A DNA stretch of 64,000 nt. Origin: Squalus acanthias. Its lineage: Eukaryota. Below the pieces are notes generated by a model that searched no databases, was not told where the DNA came from, and worked only from the letters and a program-made list of their open reading frames with translations. The stretch spans positions 43,896,001 to 43,960,000 of the forward strand of contig CM059427.1 of the NCBI GenBank assembly GCA_030390025.1, read 5' to 3'. The translations under genes and the position numbers were made by a program. Below are positions 55,510 to 64,000 of this stretch, piece by piece; within the stretch, counting starts at the first letter, position 1; the number at the start of each line of letters is the position of its first letter.

Positions 55510-57560
55510 TTTCTGAAATAAAAACAGAAAATGCTGGAAATACTCAGCAGGTCAGGCAGCATCTGTGGAGAGAGAAACAGAGTTAACGTTTCAGGTCAAT
55601 GACCTTTCAACAGAACTGGAAAAAGTTAGAGATGTAACAGGTTTTAAGTAAGTACAGAGGCAGGTAAAGTGGGGAGTGTGGGGGGGGGGGGGGGGGGCGG
55701 AGAACTAAATGGAAGATCTGTGTGATAGATTGGAAGGCAGGAGAGATTAAATGACATGGGATGATGGTGCAAGGCAAATGGAGATGGTAATGGGACAAGT
55801 AAAGGAAAAAAAAATAGGTCTGGAGGAGGTGTAAATGGGAATAGCAGAATCATAACCAACAGCTGCTGTACGAAAAAATGGGGACAGAGGTTATGATCTG
55901 AAATTGTTGAACTCAATGTTGAGTCTGGAAGGCTGTAAGTGCCTAATTGAAAGATGAGGTGCTGTTCCTTGAGCTTACGTTGTAGGAGGTCAGAGTGGGA
56001 GTGGCGACCAGAAGCTCAGGGTCACGCTTGCACACTGAACAGAAGTGTTCCTCAAAGCCGTCACCCAATCTGCGCTTGGTCTCCTCAATGTAGAGGAGAC
56101 CGCATCATGAGCAGCGAATACAGTATACTAAATTGAAAGAAGTACAAGTAAATCGCTGTTTCACCTGGAAGCAGTGTTTGGGCCCATGGACGGTGGGAAG
56201 GAGGTAAAAGGGCAGGTGTTGCATCTCCTGTGCTTGCACAGGAAGGTGCCATGGGAAGGGGAGGGGGGTGATTGAGGAGTGGACCAGGGTATCATGGAGT
56301 TAACGGTCCCTTTGGAATGCTGAAAGGAGAGGGGAGGGGAAGATCTGTTTGGTGGTGGCAGCACGCTGTAGGTAGTAGAAATGGTGGAGGATAATCCATT
56401 GAATGTGGAGGCTGTTGGGGTGGATGGTGAGGACAAGGGGAACCCTATCGTGGTTCTGGGTGGGAGGGGAACTGGTGAGAGCAGACGTGCAGGAAATGGA
56501 AGAGACACGGTCGCGGGCCATGTCAACCACTGTGGAGGGGAATCCTCAGTTGAGGAAAAAGGAAGACCTATTGGAAACGATGGTACGGAAGGTGGCATCG
56601 TCAGAACAGATACGAGGGAGAAATTGGGAGAATGGAATAGAGTCCTTGCAGGAAGTGGGGTGGGAGGAAGTGTAGTCAAGGTAACTGTGGGAGTCAGTGG
56701 GCTTATAGTGGATATTGGTCGATAGCCTAGCCCCAGAAATGGAGACAGAGACATTGAGGAAGGGAAGAGTCGAAGATGGACCATGTGAAGATGAGGGAAG
56801 AGTGGAAGTTGGAAGCAAAGTTGATGCGACGGTTAAGCAACGCCTCGATTTCAAAATTCTCATCCTTGTTTTCACATCCCTCCATGGCCTCGCCCCTCTC
56901 TATTTCTGTAATCTCCTCCAGCCCCACAACCCCCGCCCCCCCCCACCCCCCCGAGATATCTGCGCTCCTCTAATTCTGCCCTATTGAGCATCCCTGATTA
57001 TAATCCCTCAGCCTTTGGTGGCCGTGCTTCTGTTGCCTAGGCCCTAAGCTCTGGAATTTCCTCCCTAAACCTCTCGGCCTCTCTATGTCTCTTTCCTCCT
57101 TTAAGACACTCCTTAAAACCTCCCTCTTTGACCTGCCCTAATTTCTCCTTATGTAGCTCGGTGTGAAATTTTTGTCTTATAATAATCTTGTGAAGCGCCT
57201 TGGGACGTTTTACTACGATAAAGGCACTATATAAATACAAGTTGTTTTGTTCAAATTTTCCATTTCAGGGCAAAAGCAGGAAATGACAGTCACCAGTGTA
57301 CCTGAGTAGAACTGGAAAAAAGAATGTTCCACATATCGCACAAAATGGTAGGCATAGCTAGGGCCCATTACAACACCTTTTATTTGGAGGAAGTGAGTGG
57401 AGTCAAAAGAGAAGTTGTTCAATGTGAGAACAAGTTCAGCCAGGCAGAGGAGGGTGGTGTTGGATGGGGATTGTTTGGGCCTTTGTTCAAGGAAGAAGCG
57501 GTAGGCCGTCCTGGTGGGGGATGGAGGTGTAGAGGGATTGGACATCCATGGTGAAAAGTG
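55510..57560 (-). mobile_element. Penelope-like retroelement (RT, GIY-YIG endonuclease, terminal hammerhead motif), split by an L2 tail
   Basis: FTMDVQSLYTSIP, LTLNNFSF..MGPSYA and YKPTDSHSYLDYTSSHP motifs; LVYCIRC..CGLLYI; minus 55580-55618 reads CTGTTGA-aaggtcattgacct-GAAACGTTaact. Confidence 0.9.
56835..57250 (+). mobile_element. L2 LINE 3' end nested in the Penelope element
   Basis: VKQRLDFKILILVFTSLHGLAP motif plus L2 tail. Confidence 0.85.
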
Positions 57561-58318
57561 AATCTCTGGCCAGGAACCACACTGTAGCAAAATAAAGCTG
57601 AAAAACCAGTAGAACCAGTGGGACAGTCATGAGTTCAACAGGTAACAGCAGCAATGGGGGATGGACAAAGTTACCGTAAAACTTAAGCAACTGAATAGAA
57701 TATCAGAGTCACGGCAGCTGAGTCGGTCTAGTTCAATGGAGAAGCGTAGTCTTGACGGCAGAGAAGTCTGGGAATTTGGAAGCCAAATTTGAGTGAAGAG
57801 CCAGTGTGCACTGATGAAAACAAAGAGCAGGCATGGTCGGGGGGATGGGCAGTGGGCTCAGGTAACTTTAACCTTGCAGCTTGAACTTGCCATTAGGGAT
57901 AAAATACACCCACTATTAGAGCCAGGGGAACTTAAACAGTGGAAGAGAGGAGACTGGGGGAGGAAGAGCAAAGGATGGCAACAGATGGCCAAGAGTAAAG
58001 TCGCACAGCAAAGGAGCTCCCTAGGGAGCTGCCAGCCCAGGAGCCATCTTGAAACCAGGATTATTTAATTTAATTTGAAACTTCTAAATTTCAGTTCTAC
58101 AAAACACTTTAAAAGTACTTTATGAGGATTGTATGGCTTGCAAGTCGCATTTTCAAATGTGTAAACGTTGTAGTGTGATCATTGTCATCGCTCGCATTTA
58201 CCCTGCCTCATGTACCATTAAAAACATGGTCTATGATGACAAGTTTACTGCATCTTACAAGCATAGGGTGTCATTGTTACAATGCCAGTTGTAGATTTTT
58301 ACCAATCACTGACAGAAA

Positions 58319-58421
58319 ATCCACTGTCCATCTGTCCGTGGAGGAAAGAGTTTGTCCAGGCCCTCTGCTACCACCAGTGTTCCAACTGGCCCTCTGACCT
58401 CTGAATAAGGGGGCCGATCTG
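58319..58421. repeat. ~100-bp local duplication, copy 1 (copy 2 at 59271-59369 has its second half inverted)
   Basis: 55 bp identical direct repeat, then 44 bp inverted with 1 mismatch. Confidence 0.9.
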
Positions 58422-58784
58422 TACAATTTCTTTTTTTTAAATTGTGAAACTTTAGGGGTAGACCCCACCAGTGGGGCCCACATACTTGTGGAGACCACTC
58501 AATCAGCAAACTGTCACCACTACAACTCTTTTGAGTCCCCATTGAACATCAGGAGCAGGAATTCCCAGCTTAGGAACTTCCTGCCCTTGCCTCTGCCCCC
58601 TGGCTGTCAGAAGTTCCACCCTAACAAGGCACTGAGGAAACTTCTTGAAATAGGGGAACCCAACGTAACTGGGTGTTTGCCGCATTCCTCGGGGTACAGC
58701 AGGAGACTGGTGGAATCATTGCAGAATTTCAGTACCGCTGTCTTTAGATGGTATACCAATAAAGGCAATTAAAGAATAAATATA

Positions 58785-59100
58785 GAACCTGCATCTTTCA
58801 CATCTTCAATCAATCAATTAGTTTTGAAGTGCAGTCATTGTTGTTTTGTAGGTAAACGTGGCAGCCAATTTACCCACAACATGATTCCCAATAACAATGA
58901 GATAAATGACCAGATGGTCTGTTTTTGGTGGTGATGGTTGAAGGATAAATGTTGGCCAAGACACGACAAGAACTCTCCTCTTCTTCCAATAGTACCCAGT
59001 TATATGTCCACTTGAGATGGCAGACAGGGCCTTGGTTGAAATGTCTCATCCAAAATACAGCTTCTCCAACATTGCAAGACTTCAGTATTTTACTGAACAT
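58785..59100 (-). mobile_element. Degenerate Deu-domain SINE
   Basis: ggttgaaggataaatgttggccaagacac..tgtccacttgag..aaatgtctcatcc. Confidence 0.72.
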
Positions 59101-60194
59101 TGGTTACCTTAATATGAAACAGATTAATGCTGCAGTTTTTGGTCCCTTCTGATTCAGTAACTTTCAGCAAACACCACTGCTAACCTTTTGTTTACATGCA
59201 GAAATTGCAAGTTGTACGGAGCCACTTACAGAGAAATTACATTGGGTTTAAATAGGCAGCAGGTGAGTATATCCACTGTCCATCTGTCCGTGGAGGAAAG
59301 AGTTTGTCCAGGCCCTCTGCTACCAGATCGGCTCCCTTATTCAGAGGTCAGAGGGCCAGTTGGAACACTAACATCTATATGCAAATTCAAAGACTCCAAA
59401 TTATTTGTGAAAATCTTATCACATTTTACTAATTCTTAGTTTGTGTAGTGTTCCACTTATATAATATAATTAAGCCCGTTATCCTCGAAACCAGCCCTTT
59501 GCACAATATAAATGTAAACTCTAGCCATCGACAACGTTCATTTTCCCCTCGTCCTTATCTACCGCCAGATAGGTTTCCACTGTATTTCAATATACTGATA
59601 CAAGAGTTACGCAAATGCCTCAACTGAGAGATGTGGAGAATTCAAAAAGATACAGTCTCATTGGGGCAAACAACGGCAAACCTCAGTCCCCATCTTCAGT
59701 CTTAACCCAATCAAACTTGCTCATGTTTTAAGTGTTCAACAGCTAGGCAGCTAATGTAAATCACACAAAGAGGATGGTCTTTGTCTTCTTACTTTGTACT
59801 CCTCCGATGTCTCTGTTACCAGGCATGGAATTTCCAATGAGCATTCCCTTGTTTGTAATTTTCATAGAGGAGAAGCAGCACAGGATGTAGGAAAGGAGAG
59901 TGAAGTCGTCCCCCAGAGAATTTACAGACCACGAAGATCACTTAAATCTCAGGAGCTTTGCATGTAAGAATGCCCTTCACCAAAGAGGCACAAAGAGACC
60001 AAACCAGTACCCATCTACATTACATTGTAGAAATCTCTTTTGGTTCTACATGACCATGCAAGTCTAAATAATCTGAGTGAATAAGTGAACACCCTTTCCT
60101 GTATGACCATAACCTCCATGAATAATAGAGCACAAAATAAGTTCACATTCTTATTTAATACAATGAACTCAAAAGTGAACATAAGCCATCCTTT

Positions 60195-60297
60195 CTCACA
60201 ACAGTGACTACACTTCAAAAGTATTCATTGGCTGTAAAGTGCTTTGGGACGTCCTGAGGTTGTGAAAGACGCTATATAAATGCAAGTCTTTCTTTTC
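60195..60297 (+). mobile_element. Deu-SINE 3' tail
   Basis: caacagtgactacacttcaaaag..gctatataaatgcaagtctttc. Confidence 0.8.
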
Positions 60298-60869
60298 TAT
60301 CATGCTTCCCTTTGTGTAAACGTGCCTTTTCTCCTTCTATTCTAGTACTCCTCTTAGGTGCAACCTGAAAGCCAGTATTGTGAGTAGTTGGCTGCTCCTG
60401 GAGTACAAAAGGCTCATGGGACTGAGGTGTCCCTACTCTCATGAAAGCCTTGTTCAGGGAGGGGGTTGCAGGCGTTGCCTCCTACGTACCACATCTCTCA
60501 TGCTCTGTGGGAGAAGTCCGGATGCCAGACATGTGCTTTTGTTCTGAAAAATGGTAGCCTCATGCAGGCCCCACGCTCGCCCCTCGACCCCAGTAAAATT
60601 CGGGGCTAATGTCATTTAGCAAAGAAAACTTGTCATTCTTACCGAGTCTGGCCTATGTGTGACTCCATTCCCACATCAATATGGTTGACTCTTAACTGCC
60701 TTCTGAAATGGCCTAGCAAGCCACCCAGTTATATCAAACCACTCACCGTCACCACATGGACTGCAGCAGTTCAAGAATAAGGCCCACCATCACCTTCTCA
60801 GGGCAACTAAGAAGGCAATAAAGCCCTTCCAGGTGTGCCCACATCACGGGATTGAATTTTTTTTTTGAA

Positions 60870-61375
60870 GTTCCTCAGAAGACTGTGCTTCACCCCTGAG
60901 GTTTTTGGAGAAATATGTCAACTGCTTGGTAAAAACCTGCACTCCATTTTCATCAGAACAGCATTGTTTGTACCAGTCAAGGTCACCTTGAATTTCTTTG
61001 CATCTGGATCCTTCCACGCAGCAATAGGTGATTCTTCTTTACATTAGGCAGGTAGCTGCTCACCACTGCATCAAGGTCACTAAAGCTCTATTCAGGAGGG
61101 CTGCACAATTCATACTTCTGCCAATAAAAGCAAACAAATAGGGAAAGAGAAAGAGAGCTATCCAGTTCTACAAACTAACAGGATTCTCACAGGCGAAAGG
61201 AGCAAGTAACAGAACTCTCTTTAAAATCCCATTTAAAAGCCTCTGTTTTATGAATAGGAAAGGCTTTTACTCTCTTAATATTCAGCTGAACTGCAATGAA
61301 AATGATCGTATCCTGTGCCTCCACGCCAGATACCTATGAAGCTGCTCTGATGCTTTCATCATGCAACAATCCACC
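60870..61375 (+). pseudogene. Degenerate HARBI1-like Harbinger transposase fragment (possible N-terminal piece at about 59880-59990)
   Basis: LRRLCFTPEVFGEICQLL..VKVTLNFFASGSF..GFSQAKGA..MNRKGFYSLNIQL..ARY motifs with stops and frameshifts. Confidence 0.8.
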
Positions 61376-63784
61376 ATGCAAGGATTCATCACAGATGCCA
61401 CTTACCTCAAGATAATAACAGTGTGCCTGCATGAATGCAACCCTCTCCAATGTCAGTACAGGGAGGAGCTGCTGGTCTGGGCCTGGTAGGCACAGGATGC
61501 TTAAGCGACATGACAACAGAAGCAGGTCCTGGAGGGATATCACTTCACTGAGGTTGAGTGCCAGTCCTTGAGGGCTCTATCATTACAGTCCCACCTCATT
61601 AGAGCTAACTGTCAGTGCATGATACTCAGGAAGTAGCTATGATTTCTTTATTCAAACAAATCAGGATACCTGCACTACTGAGCCAGCGCACTGATAGGAT
61701 AGCTGATAGGAAACCAGGGTACTTGCTTCAGTCTTAGCTCCAGTTTGGCATCCGAGAACAGAGGCTAAAAACAGGTACAATGAAGCCTCAGGGCACTCCC
61801 AGAATAATTGAGACCAATATTTTCAAGAAAGGTCTCTGCTGTCAGTGAAACTGTAGGTGATTTATTAACCGTGAACTGTGAATGATCTGTGTGTAATGTT
61901 TGATAGAATCATTCTGTTTGACACATAATTATCTTTGCACTGTTTTAATGTTTTGAGTTTCTTGAAAATTATATTTAATTAAAAACAGAAAGGCATGCAT
62001 TTAAATATGACAGTAAGATTAACTAAACCTCTCACCAGTTCTGTTTCATTTCTACACATTAGGATCTACCAAGTAGGTATATTAAGCTGTTAAAAATGTT
62101 TCATACAAGTAAGGCATAAACCTTTAAACAATTACACATGTTTTTAATCCAAAGAAAAATGTAAAATTACATTTTTGATTTTCTGAGTGACAGTCATGAA
62201 TAAGAATTATGAGTAAAAAGAATTTAACTTTCTTTCAGTGGCTCATTTGAATATTTGTAAGTAATCAATGACATTTAAAGAATTTAATATAATAAACATT
62301 CAGCAATTTTTATTTTTAGAATGATTGAAAATCAGTTGAAGCTCAGATGCCTCCTCCAGGCCTGGAATATTTAGTAAAGCCCGAAGCCAGTGGGAATCCA
62401 GCAGCACTCACCTACATTAGACTTTCTGATCTCTACTGCCCCATTAGTGCCCTGATTGAAGCATCTTCAAATAAAATTAGAGCAATGGGCAGGGACATCT
62501 GCCCATCAGCAACATGGGATTCTATTGGCCTTACTACTGCATGCTTATCCATTTACAACATTCCCCACCTTAACACATATTTGTTTTCTCTTTGTGTAAG
62601 GGGCTCCCAAGATGAAGAAGCTAACATCAGAAATGAGCATGAATCTGCCCTAACAGAACAGTAAATGTCAAGCATTCCACACCCACAAGTACCAGGACAA
62701 ATACATCCATCGCTGGTGACCAGATAGAGTCAAGAGGGTTCACCTGGTGATGCTCTGAGCACAAATGAGCAGGACCAAGAGGCAATGGCAGCAGGCGAGC
62801 ATTAACAAGAGGCAGGAAGAGCTAGGGTTAGACAGCAGTTTCCTGTGAGTCCTACTAATTTAAACCTTACAGGGGATGCATGAGCTGCTCTTCATGCATT
62901 CTTTTGAGAATCTGTACATGTGGAATTGCAGAGAATTTGCAGCCGTGTTGCCCCAACATCAGTGCAGGGATGCAAGATGTTTTGGGAATCTGCACGTCAC
63001 CAAGAAACGAGCAGGAACTCCACAGCGATCTGCACAGGAGCAGATCCCAGTTTTGCTAATAAGATGTGGAGCTTCAATTTTCAAAAGACTCTCACTCTGG
63101 GGTTCAAGAAAGCTAAGGGGATTGTTTATTTAGGACCTCGCTAGCCAGTTTCACACTCTAAGTGGCAGTCAGGGTCCGAGAACATAGTTCCTCTTCCTCT
63201 TCTAAATTCAGGACAGCTAAGTAATGTGGTTGTTTATGAGCTTGGCAGCTGGCGGTGGCAAGAATGTTGTCACTGGAGTTCTGTCTGGGAGCAGTCAGTA
63301 AACAATGGAAAAAATGCACAAGTGATCAGACTGGCATATCTGATTACATCAGTGTAAACTTTTCTAATTGCCATACCATGAAAAATGTCCTTACGGCCTT
63401 TGCCTGCCAATCTAGTACCAATCTGTCAGCAGTTTATTCTGAGGGCCTGTGCCCATTATGAACTGGCTCGAGACTGCCCAAGGTAATTTCACATTAGACA
63501 CCTACAAAAAGCAAAGAGAGAAGGTCACCCCAGTCTGATCGGGATTTGAATCTGATGTTTAGATATGAAACAAGAGTGTGTTAGCGCTGCCATCCAGCCC
63601 TTTCGATGGCTATTGAGATTGATCTACCCAAATTAAAAATTATGATTTCAGCATGGAAATTCTACGGTATGGCCTGAAAGAGTTTCAGAAAGTTGAATTT
63701 CAATTTTAATTTAGTTACATGGGTATAAAGTGGACATAATAAGCAATTGAAATAAAGTGGCATTTTCTATCTTAAACGATTCAG

Positions 63785-64000
63785 TCATGTAAAGGTGATT
63801 AAGTATTCTGGATAGGCTTGAATATCATTGAAAATGATGAACATGGATGGATTCGATACGTTGTCAACGACACTGTCATACAAGTCTGTAGGGTTTGTTG
63901 TACTTTTTGAAAGGGGAGCGACCATTCCTCCCTGTCCTTGACAATGGACTCCAGTAAGTACGCGTGCACGGTACATGTACTGAAATCCATTAACGTCAGG
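63785..64000 (-). CDS. Terminal catalytic (ART) exon of an upstream tandem PARP14-like paralog, partial
   Basis: PDVNGFQYMYRARVLTG..YDSVVDNVSNPSMFIIFNDIQAYPEYLITFT-stop is the canonical macro-PARP C-terminus. Confidence 0.92.
   Translation of the reverse strand, partial: PDVNGFQYMYRARVLTGVHCQGQGGMVAPLSKSTTNPTDLYDSVVDNVSNPSMFIIFNDIQAYPEYLITFT

Noticed and set aside
61530-62830. Possible Harbinger Myb exon-3-like remnants
   Set aside because: The similarity is too weak and fragmentary to support by eye.
63751-63756. AATAAA near the paralog stop codon
   Set aside because: It is on the wrong strand for a minus-strand gene; minus-strand candidates such as about 63433-63438 cannot be ranked from sequence alone.
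1-64000. Prokaryotic systems (CRISPR arrays, retrons, DGRs, operons)
   Set aside because: The DNA is intron-rich vertebrate sequence, all RT domains belong to non-LTR or Penelope retroelements, and I saw no regularly spaced repeat-spacer array.

Overview
Eukaryotic (vertebrate) genomic DNA. The repeat content (Deu-domain SINEs, shark-type CR1, L2, RTE, Penelope and Harbinger elements) points to a cartilaginous fish, probably a shark; this is an inference. The window is dominated by a minus-strand PARP14-like gene (RRM-KH-3 macrodomains-WWE-ART). Coding exons 1-15 can be chained with canonical GT-AG sites and consistent phases from 51522 down to 1240, and the last catalytic exons lie off the left edge. 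The large exon 6 carries a single 1-nt frameshift at about 30864-30876. A near-perfect ISRE sits about 50 bp upstream of the ATG. The terminal catalytic exon of a second, tandem PARP14-like paralog lies at the right edge. Introns are packed with nested transposons. The most notable items are: a 6.2-kb Harbinger element with its transposase core deleted but an intact, spliced 3-exon Myb/SANT gene (484 aa), inserted into a Penelope hammerhead-ribozyme motif; an in-frame read-through from PARP14 exon 11 into a CR1 RT C-terminus; an RTE LINE with a 61-bp target-site duplication; and a near-intact CR1 ORF2. There is a 500-N assembly gap. Family assignments come from motif recognition only; no searches were run.
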